Source of the DNA: an uncultured virus (IMG/VR IMGVR_UViG_3300042453_001906)
Taxonomy: Duplodnaviria > Heunggongvirae > Uroviricota > Caudoviricetes
Direction: 5' to 3' (one strand)
DNA: 64,000 nt
IMG/VR virus record: IMGVR_UViG_3300042453_001906
Made by a program: the position numbers and the translations under genes. Position 1 is the first letter of the stretch. Every line of letters starts with the position of its first letter. Below, in pieces: positions 50,765 through 61,431 of this stretch. The notes beneath the pieces are model-generated. The model had not been told where the DNA came from. It did no database searches and saw only the letters and a program-made list of their open reading frames with translations.

Positions 50765-51151
50765 TCAGGTCTTTCCGCCCTTGGAAACCGCAGCAACTAT
50801 TTCTGAAAGTTGTTGTTCGGTCAAGACAGTCAGGGCTTCACGGGCTTTCTTGGCAGAGAACCCGTAGTACTCAATTAGTGCTTGCACCCGCGTGTCCTGC
50901 TCACGCTTAAGCCACTTGGAAAACCGCTTGCGTTTGCGAACCGCTCCTCGCAGAAAGTCAAAGTGCATTTTGGCATCCATCCCCGGTCGAATATTTACTT
51001 CATTCACAGGAAACACTGTGTCGGGGAAATACGACAAGCACCGACCCACCACGAATGGCGGATAGGACGGCTTACCCCACTCCGGGGTGTCCATCAACGG
51101 CTCCTTGGTTTCGTTGATGGCTTTCAAATAATCAGAGAGTTGGTGGGTCAT
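50765..51151 (-). CDS. gp62: Clamp loader small subunit
   Basis: YPPFVVGRCLSYFPDT, RKRKRFSKW, YYGFS..KAREAL, KGG. Confidence 0.92.
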   Translation of the reverse strand: MTHQLSDYLKAINETKEPLMDTPEWGKPSYPPFVVGRCLSYFPDTVFPVNEVNIRPGMDAKMHFDFLRGAVRKRKRFSKWLKREQDTRVQALIEYYGFSAKKAREALTVLTEQQLSEIVAAVSKGGKT

Positions 51152-51393
51152 CGTCTATTGTTTCTGCGATTGTATTCTTTTTTGTACTGCTTGCTGATAC
51201 GGAACAGTTCATTCAGTTGAAACCGCGTCAGGCTGCTGATGTCCTGCTTCATCATCTGCCGCACATCTTCAGGCATTATGGAGTAGTGCGGTGGATCAGG
51301 GAAGTCATCGGGATTGAGCGGGGTCTGATACTCCCGTCTGTCCTTGAAGTCCTTGAAGACCCTGCCTTTTCTGATGCTGCGATTCCGTGCCAT
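51148..51393 (-). CDS. Small basic hypothetical protein
   Basis: TAATG and ATGA coupled overlaps on both sides. Confidence 0.55.
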   Translation of the reverse strand: MARNRSIRKGRVFKDFKDRREYQTPLNPDDFPDPPHYSIMPEDVRQMMKQDISSLTRFQLNELFRISKQYKKEYNRRNNRR

Positions 51394-52346
51394 TACTTGA
51401 ACTTGCACTCCATCATTAGTTGTGCCATGCAAGCAGTCAGGTTGATCTCTGCGTCCGCAGCAAACGCTGCCTTGTACTGGTAGTCTGCAAGGATGAGAAT
51501 GGCTTGAGGAATGGAACCGCTCTCCAAGTTTTCGTATAGCCCATCGTACACTGCACGGAATATCCGGGTAGAGTCGTTGTCCAAGTTCTCAACCACCCAC
51601 TTCCGTACTCCGGCAAAGTCCCGACCCTTCATGCACTTTACCAATTCCTTGATCTGCACATCGGCAATGGAATTCAGGATGCCCACATCAATCTTGCCGC
51701 AAGCGGAATACCGCTGCAACTCGTTTAGAGTACGCCGGAAGTCCGGGAAGTACTTTCCGACTAGTTGTGCCACCACCTTCTGATCGTATTCTATGCCCTC
51801 GCGCTTCAGAATTTCTTCGGCTCTCTTCAGGAACTTGACCGCAAGTTTAGCCTTTTCCTTCTGCGGAATCCTGAAGTCAATGCAAGTGCATCGGGAGTGC
51901 AGCGGCTCAATCACCCGGTTCTTGAAATTGCAAGTCAGAATGAAACGGCAGTTTGCCGCAAACTCCTCAATGAAACCGCGAAGGGCAGGTTGAGTGGACT
52001 GTGCGTTTGAGTAGTCAAACTCGTCTAGAATGACCACCTTCTTCACGCCTTCGGTGAGACTCACCGTGGACGCAAACTGACGAATCTTGGTGCGGAGGGT
52101 GTCGATGTTGCCGTCTTCCGAGCAGTTAACCATCAACCAATCGCACCCAAGATCATTGCACAGTGCCTTTGCCACGGAGGTTTTTCCGCAACCCGCTCCT
52201 CCCGACAGGAGCAAGTTCTGCGGTTCCTTGCGATGCACCATTTGGGTGAACGCTTCCTGTGTGTCCTGCGGCAAGATGCAGTCCTCAACTCTTTGAGGAC
52301 GGTATCTCTCAACCCACAAACCCTTCACGGTTTCATTAGTGTTCAT
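51393..52346 (-). CDS. gp44: Clamp loader large subunit (AAA+)
   Basis: WVERYRP, GGAGCGKT, ILDEFD, FILTCN, LHSRC, PDFRR. Confidence 0.95.
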   Translation of the reverse strand: MNTNETVKGLWVERYRPQRVEDCILPQDTQEAFTQMVHRKEPQNLLLSGGAGCGKTSVAKALCNDLGCDWLMVNCSEDGNIDTLRTKIRQFASTVSLTEGVKKVVILDEFDYSNAQSTQPALRGFIEEFAANCRFILTCNFKNRVIEPLHSRCTCIDFRIPQKEKAKLAVKFLKRAEEILKREGIEYDQKVVAQLVGKYFPDFRRTLNELQRYSACGKIDVGILNSIADVQIKELVKCMKGRDFAGVRKWVVENLDNDSTRIFRAVYDGLYENLESGSIPQAILILADYQYKAAFAADAEINLTACMAQLMMECKFK

Positions 52347-52354
52347 GTTCTCTT

Positions 52355-53059
52355 TCAAGCAGTGTACGAGGAATCAGCGTGGAGTGCAATCCAATAAGTA
52401 AGTGGCTCGTTCTTGTTGGAGAACTTGCTGACAACCTTCTCGGAAATCTCCACCTGATAGTCGCCGGGAAGAATCTTCAGATTCTCCACATCAAAAATAA
52501 ATTGGAAATCCGCACTGCCTTCGTTCTCACCCACGATGAGCGAGTACTGATTGGAAGTGCTGTCGTCCTTGTCACGGGCAACAATCTGAACCTGTGATCC
52601 GTCCTCGGTTGGCTCAACGAAAATGTGTTGAACCTGTAGCACGGACGCTGCCTTCAGGATTTCGGAGAAGTCCTTGGACAGCAGGGTGAATGAAACCACT
52701 GCGGTTGGCATGTTGATCTTCTTGTTGGTGGACATGACCAACTTGGGATCACAGTAGTAATACTTCAGGCTGGACTTGCCGTTCTTGATGGTGATGTGGT
52801 TCTGTTCAAACACAAACTCCGGGTCTTTGAACATGCTCACCGTCCCAAGGAACTTGTTCAAGTCCCAAAGCGCGAACTGCCGGGTGAATGTCTCGTCCAC
52901 CTTGGCTTCAGCAAAAATGCTCTTCGTGTTGGAAAGAGTGCTGATGGTGTTGCCTTCATTCACCAAGATTCCGGTGTTGATACCCGCAAAATTCTTGAGA
53001 ATGTCTAGGGTGCGCTTTGAAATCTTCATGGTTGTCTCACTGTTCGTCGCCGTAGTCAT
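52355..53059 (-). CDS. gp45: Sliding clamp
   Basis: TLDILKNFAGIN, WDLNKFL, ENLKILPGDY, YWIAL. Confidence 0.92.
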   Translation of the reverse strand: MTTATNSETTMKISKRTLDILKNFAGINTGILVNEGNTISTLSNTKSIFAEAKVDETFTRQFALWDLNKFLGTVSMFKDPEFVFEQNHITIKNGKSSLKYYYCDPKLVMSTNKKINMPTAVVSFTLLSKDFSEILKAASVLQVQHIFVEPTEDGSQVQIVARDKDDSTSNQYSLIVGENEGSADFQFIFDVENLKILPGDYQVEISEKVVSKFSNKNEPLTYWIALHADSSYTA

Positions 53060-53216
53060 CGTATCGTCCCTTTCTTCCTGAATTCAGGTCGTTTACCCAG
53101 TTACGCAAATCTTGTCGGTCTTGGTGACGCTTTCCGCGCTTCTTCTTCACCGAAGCACTCTTACGAGCCTTCTTTGCTGCGCGGTCAAGATCGTCCCAGT
53201 TTCGTTGCTGCTCCAT
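53037..53216 (-). CDS. Small basic hypothetical protein
   Basis: TGATG overlap with rnh. Confidence 0.5.
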   Translation of the reverse strand: MEQQRNWDDLDRAAKKARKSASVKKKRGKRHQDRQDLRNWVNDLNSGRKGRYDDYGDEQ

Positions 53217-54070
53217 CAAAAGTCTCCTATGTCTGAAATGAGATTCTTCAAGCCTTTGCTAATCATATAGTTCAATATCTTTGAACGATTAGCCGTAAAC
53301 GGTGCGTTCCATTCCTGCATGATACGGGTTTCGTATTCTGAAGGAATGCACAGATGCGAGATCAGTGTCTCGTTTCTGTTCCAGTTGGCTGCAACAGGAT
53401 CGGGAACTTTACCAGTTTCAGCCCAAGTCTTCTCCAATTCCTCAAGCCGCTTTCGTGTGATGGGCTTTTGCCTCTTGCCATCTGTAACGAAGCAGTCATC
53501 ATCAGACAGGACATTCGGAACTCCATCCGAAGAATCACCCTTCACAATGTGTTCGAACAGGAAGGTCTTTGGATTGTCCACAACAACGAACTTCTTCTGC
53601 ATGGGGGAATACTGACGAACCCCCGAATAAACCTGCAACTGACCAAAATCCTTGTCTCCGCTCAGAATCAGAACAGGCTCTTGTTCGTGGAGGTTGCGGG
53701 TCAGCACGGCAATCACATCGTCTGCTTCGCAACCCGAAACGGAAATGTTCTTGTACGGAAACACATCACGAATCTCATTTCTCACGGTGTCCATTATTTC
53801 ATAGAACCGCTTCCACATTTCTGGATTGTCTTTTCGGGACTCTCGCCGCGCTGCCTTGTACTGCGGAAAAAACTTGCGCCGCCAAGAATACTCACCCCCG
53901 CGCCCTTCTTGGCACAATACGAGTTCGCCGTATTCCTTGCCAAAACGCTTGCGGTACATACGATAGGTGTTCAGCACCATGTGACGGATCAAGGACTCAT
54001 CGGTGTAGTCCAAGTCTCGTTGTGCGAACAGGGACGACATGATTACTTGGCTGTTGTCTACTAGGATCAC
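53216..54070 (-). CDS. rnh: T4 RNase H-like 5'-3' flap exonuclease
   Basis: WRR..FPQYKA.R, EADDVIA, SGDKDF.QL, GDSSDGVPN. Confidence 0.93.
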   Translation of the reverse strand: MILVDNSQVIMSSLFAQRDLDYTDESLIRHMVLNTYRMYRKRFGKEYGELVLCQEGRGGEYSWRRKFFPQYKAARRESRKDNPEMWKRFYEIMDTVRNEIRDVFPYKNISVSGCEADDVIAVLTRNLHEQEPVLILSGDKDFGQLQVYSGVRQYSPMQKKFVVVDNPKTFLFEHIVKGDSSDGVPNVLSDDDCFVTDGKRQKPITRKRLEELEKTWAETGKVPDPVAANWNRNETLISHLCIPSEYETRIMQEWNAPFTANRSKILNYMISKGLKNLISDIGDF

Positions 54071-55173
54071 GATACTCTAACCAACAAGCAGTGCTTGTTG
54101 ATCCTCCCGGTTGGGGTTACGGACTTGGTTTTAACTGCCTCAAGAGCCTTGCACATTGCAGCAAGCCCACCGGAAATCTTCAGCCATTGGTCGGGCTTGC
54201 GAACAGTCTTCTCGTAAGACTTGCTCTCATCCCAACCAACAACAGTAGACCCCTTGACGCTTAATCCCGTTTTGGGTTCAGCGGCTAGGAAAACGGTAGC
54301 CTTGTTGGTCTTGGTGTTGAACACGATCAATCCTTGTGCCCCAACTATACCACGGGGATCGGCAGATGTAAAGCCAAAGGTTGCGTCTTTTGCCAAATAC
54401 TTTAAACGCTTGACCACCTTTTCAGAATTGATCGGACGAGGCTTGCGGGGCTTGCGCGTAGTCTTCATGCCGCTGATTTTTGAATTTAGTTCCGTGATGG
54501 CACTTTCAAAAATATCAATCACCCGCTTCAAAGACGGTTTCTTTAAATAGGAGTAGCCTTCAGCCAGATCAGGGTCTGCATTGCTGTACGCTGCCTTAAC
54601 CTCTGCCAGAACCGATTCTAGCCGCTCCCTGACGATTGTGGCAGTGGGGCGGGTCATCTGCTTGGAAGCAACCCAAGACGCTATGACGGGCTTATACCGC
54701 TTTTCTGAAACGCCCATAAAGGTATCGTCAAAAAGTGGTTCTAGTTCTTCTAGAGTCTCGTTGGCTTTTGCCCGTACCCGCTCTTGAATATTTGGAACAT
54801 CTTCTTCCGCAGGAGCATGGGTTCGCGCTTCTTTAAGCATTTCACCCATGTATTTTTCAATTGTTGCCCTCTGCTCATCCGTGAACGCAAATCCACGGGA
54901 GTCCATGCGGCAGTACGGAGACACCAGCCGCAGACTGCTTTTTGATGCACGGGACACCAATTTGACATCTTCATCACGCTGTCGGGACTGTAGCCAGTCG
55001 GCAATCCATTCCTTTGCCCGTGAAACGCTGAACGACTCACGATACCAGTACATGGCACGGTTCATTGCGCGATCACGGCTTTCATCGGTTGCCATGTCCT
55101 CCGCAGAGAACACAGGCTCCGAGCCACCGTTCAGGATTCTCTGTACACGCTCTTTGGACAGTTTCTTGCTCAT
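54067..55173 (-). CDS. Conserved T4-like hypothetical protein
   Basis: PNIQER, LAEGYSYL, FNTKT, GLSVKGST, TVRKP, TGRIN motifs. Confidence 0.7.
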   Translation of the reverse strand: MSKKLSKERVQRILNGGSEPVFSAEDMATDESRDRAMNRAMYWYRESFSVSRAKEWIADWLQSRQRDEDVKLVSRASKSSLRLVSPYCRMDSRGFAFTDEQRATIEKYMGEMLKEARTHAPAEEDVPNIQERVRAKANETLEELEPLFDDTFMGVSEKRYKPVIASWVASKQMTRPTATIVRERLESVLAEVKAAYSNADPDLAEGYSYLKKPSLKRVIDIFESAITELNSKISGMKTTRKPRKPRPINSEKVVKRLKYLAKDATFGFTSADPRGIVGAQGLIVFNTKTNKATVFLAAEPKTGLSVKGSTVVGWDESKSYEKTVRKPDQWLKISGGLAAMCKALEAVKTKSVTPTGRINKHCLLVRVS

Positions 55174-56888
55174 GGTGTGCATAGACGGCTGAAGTTGTTA
55201 ACCTTCTTGAATGTAAGTATGTTGGTGAACTTGTCAAGCAGTTGGTCGGATTTGTGGCTGATTACGAATACATTGTTTGTTGTGCCCATATTTTGCAGAA
55301 TCTTTATGACTTCTTCCGTTCCAACCGAGTCAAGCGAGGAATCAAATACTTCGTCCAAAATGAGAAGATTGGTGTTGGCAGAATTCTTCATCTTGGCAAT
55401 GTCACGCCACGCTAGCAGAAGAGACACATCAATACGCAGTTTCTCACCTTCACTAAAGTTTTCATACGAGAACTCGTCACGGTGTCGGCTCTTGATGATT
55501 TCAACGAAATCCTCATTCAGAGTAAACTGTGCAAAGAAGTCCATTGTCACCAAGTACTTGTTGATGATCTTGTTCAGTGCGGGAATGTACTTCTTGATGA
55601 TCTTGCGCTTGATACCGCTGTCCTTCAGAAGCACGGTGGCAATTTCCATAGTGTGGATGTCCTCCACTGCGGTTTTGCGACTGCTTTCCTTTTCGTCCTG
55701 AGACTTCTGTATTTCATCTAGAGCAACGCGCTCGGTCTGTATGCTGTTTCGTTCCAAAACCGTCTTTGCTTGAAGGTCTTGCAGTTGCTTCAGATATTTT
55801 CGTGAAGACGCAATAGCGGAATCTGTCTTGGTCATCTCCGTCTTTTTCTCGTTGACAGCATCCACCTCTTGCAGAAGTGCCTCAAGATTTGCTTTTTCCT
55901 TGCGGATCATGCTATCCAATTGGGTCAAAGCAGTCTCCAATTCCGTCTGACGGGTTTGCTTCTTGGATATCATGTCATCGCGGAACTCTCTAGGCAGATC
56001 ATGCTTGCACACGGGGCAGTCCTCGTTCTGCTTGTAGAATTCACTTTCTTCCTGTGCCTTCTTGATACCGCTGCTCATCTGCTTTTTTAGGGTGGCATAC
56101 TGATTCAGTGAGTCACGCTTGGCTTCGATTGCACCTGTGCTGATGCTGAGAGCAGAAATATCTTCTTGGATGGTTGCTTTCTTTTGCAGCAAGGCATCAA
56201 GTGTTTCTTGTTCTTCTTGAGCAGATTTGCGATAAGACTCTAATTGAGAATCAGACTTCTGCTCAATCTTTGATATCAAGTCTTTCTTGTGTTCCACCTT
56301 GAGTTTGAGTGTGTTGATTTCGTTCTCAATTCCCCTCAACTCTTCCTTGCTGTCCTGCAAGCGAGTCTTGAGAATGTCGTTCATCTTGGAAAACACATCA
56401 ATATCCAACAGGTTCTCCACGATCCCCCGGCGATCCCCTGCGGACAAGCGCATGAACGGCACATAGTTCGTTGAGCCAAGAATCACCACTTGACAGAATG
56501 TCTTGTAATTCATCTTCAGGACTTGCGTTTCAAGAATGGCTTGGTAGTCCTTTGCATTCGCAGTCTGCTCCACGGGCTTGCCGTTCAGTTCCATCGAAAA
56601 CACCTTTGGAGCCAATCCACGGGTCACCTTATAAGAGTTACCGTTCACCGTGAACTCTATCTCAACAAGGCAATCCTTTCCGTTGATGGAATTCACCAGT
56701 TGCGGCAGATTCACCCCACGGTACGGCTTTCCGTACAGTACGAATGTAAGGGCATCCAGCAGCGTGGTCTTTCCCGCACCGTTCTCGCCGCACACAAGAG
56801 TGGTTGGAGCCTTGTCCAACCGTATCTCGGTGAATGTGTTGCCTGTGCTTAACAGGTTCTTCCATCGGATTTTTGTGAACTGAATCAT
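55170..56888 (-). CDS. gp46: Recombination ATPase subunit (Rad50/SbcC-like)
   Basis: GENGAGKT, CPVC hook, FSEGEK, ILDE, ISH. Confidence 0.95.
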   Translation of the reverse strand: MIQFTKIRWKNLLSTGNTFTEIRLDKAPTTLVCGENGAGKTTLLDALTFVLYGKPYRGVNLPQLVNSINGKDCLVEIEFTVNGNSYKVTRGLAPKVFSMELNGKPVEQTANAKDYQAILETQVLKMNYKTFCQVVILGSTNYVPFMRLSAGDRRGIVENLLDIDVFSKMNDILKTRLQDSKEELRGIENEINTLKLKVEHKKDLISKIEQKSDSQLESYRKSAQEEQETLDALLQKKATIQEDISALSISTGAIEAKRDSLNQYATLKKQMSSGIKKAQEESEFYKQNEDCPVCKHDLPREFRDDMISKKQTRQTELETALTQLDSMIRKEKANLEALLQEVDAVNEKKTEMTKTDSAIASSRKYLKQLQDLQAKTVLERNSIQTERVALDEIQKSQDEKESSRKTAVEDIHTMEIATVLLKDSGIKRKIIKKYIPALNKIINKYLVTMDFFAQFTLNEDFVEIIKSRHRDEFSYENFSEGEKLRIDVSLLLAWRDIAKMKNSANTNLLILDEVFDSSLDSVGTEEVIKILQNMGTTNNVFVISHKSDQLLDKFTNILTFKKVNNFSRLCTP

Positions 56889-57952
56889 TGCTGTTTGGTG
56901 TTCTCTAGTGCTTGGGTTTCAGTATACAGTTCCCGCAGCAAGGTCTTCAAGCGAGAACTGTCCACATTCTGCAAGGAATCTATTTCACGGTTGATGATTG
57001 TGATGGTGTCTTCCGTGAGATCGACATTTTCTTCCACGGACGATTCCGGTGTCAGGTCTTCGATAATCGTTACAGTTTGTGGTTGATGTGCGTACAGAGA
57101 ATCTATGAATTTCTCAAACAAATACGGCTTGGTCTTGCCTTCCACGATCACCCGGACAAACTTGCCACGAACACGCTCTTCGTCCACGGTGATGGGAGTG
57201 GCAGCGTCCACATTCGTGTCATCGTACCGCAACTGCGTGAATATAGTGTACGGGTTGGGGATGAATTCCAATTCTCCCGTATCGGTATCCAGAACATGGA
57301 ATCCCTTCTTGTCTCCGTAGTCGTTCATGGTGATCTGATACGGACACCCCAAGTAGTGGATGTTGTCTTGACTGTGGCGTGTGTGGAAGTGTCCTGTGTA
57401 CACCGCTTCGAACTTGCTGAACAGGTCTGCGTTCATGCCTCCATCGAAAGGAGTGTTACGCAGAACCTGATATCCATGTAATTCCAAGTGACCGCACAGG
57501 ATCGGCGCATCCGTTTCGCGGATAAACTTTAGACACTCTTCCTCGTTTTCCTTGTTGATCCACGGGAGCAGGGCAATCTTCTTTTTCCCAATCTTGATTG
57601 TGTCGGGTTTGTCAAAAACCACCACATTTTCATTCTTGGAGAACAATTCAGAAACGGAATTTATTTCGCTCTTGTTCTTGTAGAAGATGTCGTGGTTGCC
57701 AAGAATGCACAGCATGGTGGAACCACTGTTGTCTAGTTGCCGCAGAAACTTGTCGCGCACGGCATTCAGGGTAAGGAAGTTAACGAACTTGCGGCGATCC
57801 AAAAAATCGCCTAAATGGAGTATGTACTTCGGTTGATTGGTTTCCACCCACGGAAAAAACACACGGTCAAAGAACCGCATGAAGTATTCCATGAACACGG
57901 GAGAGTCGTTCCGTGCCCCGAAATGCGTATCCGTAATGATGGGTATCTTCAC
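56885..57952 (-). CDS. gp47: Recombination nuclease subunit (Mre11/SbcD-like)
   Basis: TDTHFG, LGDFLD, GNHD, GHLE, GHFH. Confidence 0.95.
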   Translation of the reverse strand: MKIPIITDTHFGARNDSPVFMEYFMRFFDRVFFPWVETNQPKYILHLGDFLDRRKFVNFLTLNAVRDKFLRQLDNSGSTMLCILGNHDIFYKNKSEINSVSELFSKNENVVVFDKPDTIKIGKKKIALLPWINKENEEECLKFIRETDAPILCGHLELHGYQVLRNTPFDGGMNADLFSKFEAVYTGHFHTRHSQDNIHYLGCPYQITMNDYGDKKGFHVLDTDTGELEFIPNPYTIFTQLRYDDTNVDAATPITVDEERVRGKFVRVIVEGKTKPYLFEKFIDSLYAHQPQTVTIIEDLTPESSVEENVDLTEDTITIINREIDSLQNVDSSRLKTLLRELYTETQALENTKQQ

Positions 57953-58500
57953 TTCTTCCGTGCCTTTTTCTTGGATTTCTTCTTGGGCTTTGGCTCTTCG
58001 CCCTCGGGTTCGTTCTTCTTTTCAAAATTCATTATGTCGTTTTCCGTCAGAACCGATGGCTTGTTGTCTGCTCCTGCAAGATAGTTTTCACGAAACCACT
58101 TCTTCAGCGTGGAATCCACATCGGAGTTCTCTATCTTCTTCAGTTTGATGTATGCCTGCTTCTTTTCCTTGGATATCCGGCGCAGGAATGCGTAATAGAT
58201 GATCTGTGTGAAATACGAGAAAGGATTCGTGGACTTCTTGGGGTCGAAATTGTATGCGTACAGCAAACAATTTTCTATGCCATCCGAAATCATCTCGTCA
58301 CGATACGGATAGTTGATGAAATTGGGTTTGCGAGACAAGCGATCTGCGATTGCCATGAAGCATTCACCAATATAGTCGGTCACGGGAGGATGGGGCTTGC
58401 CTTCCTTGTCTGCTGTATTAACAAGCACCTTCCATGCCTTCATCTCTTCAAAAAATCGCTTGTTGTCTATGTAGTGGTCGGTTTTCTTTTTGCTCATCAT
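57949..58500 (-). CDS. gp55: Late transcription sigma factor
   Basis: HYIDNK, NFINYPYRDEMISDGIENC, NPFSYFTQIIYYAFLRRI. Confidence 0.95.
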   Translation of the reverse strand: MMSKKKTDHYIDNKRFFEEMKAWKVLVNTADKEGKPHPPVTDYIGECFMAIADRLSRKPNFINYPYRDEMISDGIENCLLYAYNFDPKKSTNPFSYFTQIIYYAFLRRISKEKKQAYIKLKKIENSDVDSTLKKWFRENYLAGADNKPSVLTENDIMNFEKKNEPEGEEPKPKKKSKKKARKK

Positions 58501-58516
58501 GTTTCTTTCATTTCGA

Positions 58517-58545
58517 ATGGTATCACGGGTTTACAACGCTGTCAA
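58517..58545 (-). promoter_or_regulatory. Sigma70-like promoter TTGACA-N17-TACCAT (TGn extension) upstream of gp55
   Basis: Consensus match. Confidence 0.55.
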
Positions 58546-59381
58546 GAACCTTCGGGTGGGTTTTCTCCCGTGGCTCCAGAAATATAGTCTTTCAGATATG
58601 GCGACCAGTCGGTGAATTTGTTGCCGTAATCGGGTTGCTTTGCTTGGTCTTCGGTAGGAGGTTGCCACGCTTCCTTGGACTGCTTCTCTTTGTTTACGGA
58701 TGACGCTTTCTTTTTCTTCTTCTTTGGCGGTGGAGGATTAAAGTAATCAGCCATCTCGCTTTCCATGAAGTCCTCCATGCAGTCCTTCAAGTAATCCATT
58801 ATTCCAGACTGAACCCACTCGTTCACCAAGTCACTTGGCACGGAAACCGTGAAGACAACTCCCCGCTGAGGTGGTGACGGAGGAAAAGGAAAGGTGGGGG
58901 GAATGCTTATCTCAGGCTTCTTGTTTTTTCCTTCAGGATTGTCTTTTGGATCAACAAGCCCCATTGCTTCCATGAGAGCGTCCAATTTATTAAGTTCTTC
59001 GTCAGAAGGAATTGGAAGATTGTCTAGATCAGGAAACTTCTCTTCATTCTTTGGAGGATTCCGTGGAGTATTCCGCATCTCGTCCTGCGCGTTCTTTTGG
59101 GTAGTGTACAGGCGTTCCATGTCAGGATCAGGAGTCAATTCCATTAGTATGAAATCTTTGGGAATGTCCACCGATAGTTCCGTTGCTCCACCAAGCCAGT
59201 CCGTGAAGTAGATCACGCTCTTTTTTACACCAGAGAAAGGATCAGCAACAACGGAATAATTGATTCGCATGGGACGCTCAACCGTGATCTTGCCACGGGG
59301 TTTAGCACAAATTTTGGCAATAATCTCTTCACCACTGCGGAGTTTAAAGACTCTGAGTTCTGATTTACTGCTTTTTCTCAT
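58542..59381 (-). CDS. Hypothetical protein, Sm-like N-terminus with Pro/charged low-complexity tail
   Basis: KLRSGEEIIA; usual position between uvsW and gp55. Confidence 0.6.
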   Translation of the reverse strand: MRKSSKSELRVFKLRSGEEIIAKICAKPRGKITVERPMRINYSVVADPFSGVKKSVIYFTDWLGGATELSVDIPKDFILMELTPDPDMERLYTTQKNAQDEMRNTPRNPPKNEEKFPDLDNLPIPSDEELNKLDALMEAMGLVDPKDNPEGKNKKPEISIPPTFPFPPSPPQRGVVFTVSVPSDLVNEWVQSGIMDYLKDCMEDFMESEMADYFNPPPPKKKKKKASSVNKEKQSKEAWQPPTEDQAKQPDYGNKFTDWSPYLKDYISGATGENPPEGS

Positions 59382-60880
59382 GCGTCTTCTCCTAACTGTA
59401 TCCTGATCAGCCTGTGGTCAAACCCTTCTGCTTCATACAGTTTCATGCGCTCGTTCATGTGCCGAAGAGTATGATTTTTCCAAGATTTCCAAGAAAGGTC
59501 GTCGCCAATATCGTAGAGTCGTGCCACGGTTTTGTCTTGTGATACTCGCAACTGTCTCCCGATGCTCTGTAGAACGCGGATGCGTGACTTGGATGGCGAA
59601 GCAAATATGATGTTGTGGAGGCGGCGGATGGAGATGCCCGTGCTGAATGTGCCGTATGAGGCAATGATTATCGCATCGGATTCGCTTTCCACAATCTTGC
59701 GTATCTCCTCTCTGTCCGCTGCCTCCGTACCACCATGCACGAAGAATACCTTGCGCTCGGGAGGAACGCAAGCCCTCACTAGACTATTTAGTACCTTTCC
59801 GTGGTCTTCAACGAATTGAAATAGTATCAGAGTATTTCCTTTTAGCCGTTGCGACATGCCTGATATGAATTTGTTTCGGCGCGGTGATCCAATGATCCAC
59901 TTGATCTCGTCTTGGTACTTGGCGCGTTTCACGGCTTCTCGGTCGATATCAGGATAAGACAGCAGCAAACAGTCGATACGCAAGTCACTGAGTATCTTCT
60001 GCTCCATGAGTTCTTTTGTCTTCGTAACTTCGTATGCGCGTCCAAACAAACCCTCAAGTACAAGACGGTGCGTCTGTGTACCGTCAAGGGTTCCGGTGGT
60101 TCCCACACGGAACGGACAAGTCTTCAACTTGGTCATAATTGAAGTCAGCGATTTCGCTTTGAACAGGTGGGCTTCGTCACCGATCACTGCACCGAACTGC
60201 TCAAAGTATTTCTCTGGCTGCTTGAACACGCTTTGCCATGTGGACACAACCACCCGCTTTTCCGTGGTCTTTGCAGCACCACTCAGGATTTTGTGGCAGT
60301 TGCGTTCAGTATCCCACCCGTTTCCACCGGAGTAGTCCTTGAAATCCGAAACCATCTGCTCCACAAGAGAAACGGTTGGAACGATGATCAGCACCTTCTT
60401 GTTCTTGGGCATTTTGTCCAAGTAGTACCGTATCAAAGAGTAGATGATGAGGCTTTTGCCGCTGCCCGTAGGCGACAGCAGCAAGCACCGTTCCTGTTCC
60501 ATAGCGTGGTGTACTGCACCAACTTGATGGTCGTGTGCAGTTGCCTTTTTTCCACCCACATGTATTTGCAGGAACTCGTCAACAAACTTGCGTACACCCG
60601 GTTGAGTGATCTTGAAAGCATTTTTTGACGGCATGGTGATGGTGTAGCCACGCTCTTGGGCAAACTTTTCGATGTACTCTCCCAACCCTGCGTATATTAG
60701 TTGCGTGTGTACATTGTACAGACGGATTTCCCCGTTCCACATTCGGCTACGATACGCTGGCATAAACTTGTATCCGGGAACCTTGAATGTGAAATAGTCG
60801 GACAATTCCTTGGCAACTCCCCGTTCGCACTGAACGCGAAGCCACACGGAATCCACTATGCTCACATCAAGGTCTACCAT
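59378..60880 (-). CDS. uvsW: SF2 DNA helicase
   Basis: SPTGSGKS, DEAH, GTTGT, STGISI, QSIGR. Confidence 0.95.
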   Translation of the reverse strand: MVDLDVSIVDSVWLRVQCERGVAKELSDYFTFKVPGYKFMPAYRSRMWNGEIRLYNVHTQLIYAGLGEYIEKFAQERGYTITMPSKNAFKITQPGVRKFVDEFLQIHVGGKKATAHDHQVGAVHHAMEQERCLLLSPTGSGKSLIIYSLIRYYLDKMPKNKKVLIIVPTVSLVEQMVSDFKDYSGGNGWDTERNCHKILSGAAKTTEKRVVVSTWQSVFKQPEKYFEQFGAVIGDEAHLFKAKSLTSIMTKLKTCPFRVGTTGTLDGTQTHRLVLEGLFGRAYEVTKTKELMEQKILSDLRIDCLLLSYPDIDREAVKRAKYQDEIKWIIGSPRRNKFISGMSQRLKGNTLILFQFVEDHGKVLNSLVRACVPPERKVFFVHGGTEAADREEIRKIVESESDAIIIASYGTFSTGISIRRLHNIIFASPSKSRIRVLQSIGRQLRVSQDKTVARLYDIGDDLSWKSWKNHTLRHMNERMKLYEAEGFDHRLIRIQLGEDA

Positions 60881-61431
60881 TATCGTACTGCTGTCTTGTC
60901 CAGCAATTCTCCGTTAAACAATATGTTTCGGGAGGTGTTTATGTCCCCGTTCCAACCAACTACCTGTATGCCAGCGTCCCGCATCATGCACAGCCCTTCA
61001 CGAATAGACGCTTCCCACCGTTCCGGGGTTCGGTGTACAAGCCCACGAAAGGTGACAACCCTCTTGATGCCAAACTGAATTATTGCCCGTGAACACTCTG
61101 CACACGCTACCCATGTACCGTACAGTTGGAGTGTGTCCGCGTTCAGCCTGTTTGCCACTGCCTTGTACAGAACCCTGCGCTCTGCGTGTTCAGTGCAGTA
61201 GTTCTTGGTTTCGATGCAGCGCGGATACCCCCGACACGCAATCTGTGGCGGAACCTCGTTCCATCCCGCAAGAACGATCCCACCACCCCAAGACACAAGT
61301 GCAGACGCTACCTGAGTGCTAGGGTCTTTGCTGTGCTGTGATGCCATGTTCCACACATCATTCAGGTAAATGCCATCACGATCCTCGTTTTCGGGATCGT
61401 ATTCAAGAAGACTGTCCCAATCACTGACCAT
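60880..61431 (-). CDS. dCMP deaminase-like protein
   Basis: SKDPSTQV, GWN, HAE, ACAEC, GIKRVV; GGAGG SD. Confidence 0.8.
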   Translation of the reverse strand: MVSDWDSLLEYDPENEDRDGIYLNDVWNMASQHSKDPSTQVASALVSWGGGIVLAGWNEVPPQIACRGYPRCIETKNYCTEHAERRVLYKAVANRLNADTLQLYGTWVACAECSRAIIQFGIKRVVTFRGLVHRTPERWEASIREGLCMMRDAGIQVVGWNGDINTSRNILFNGELLDKTAVR

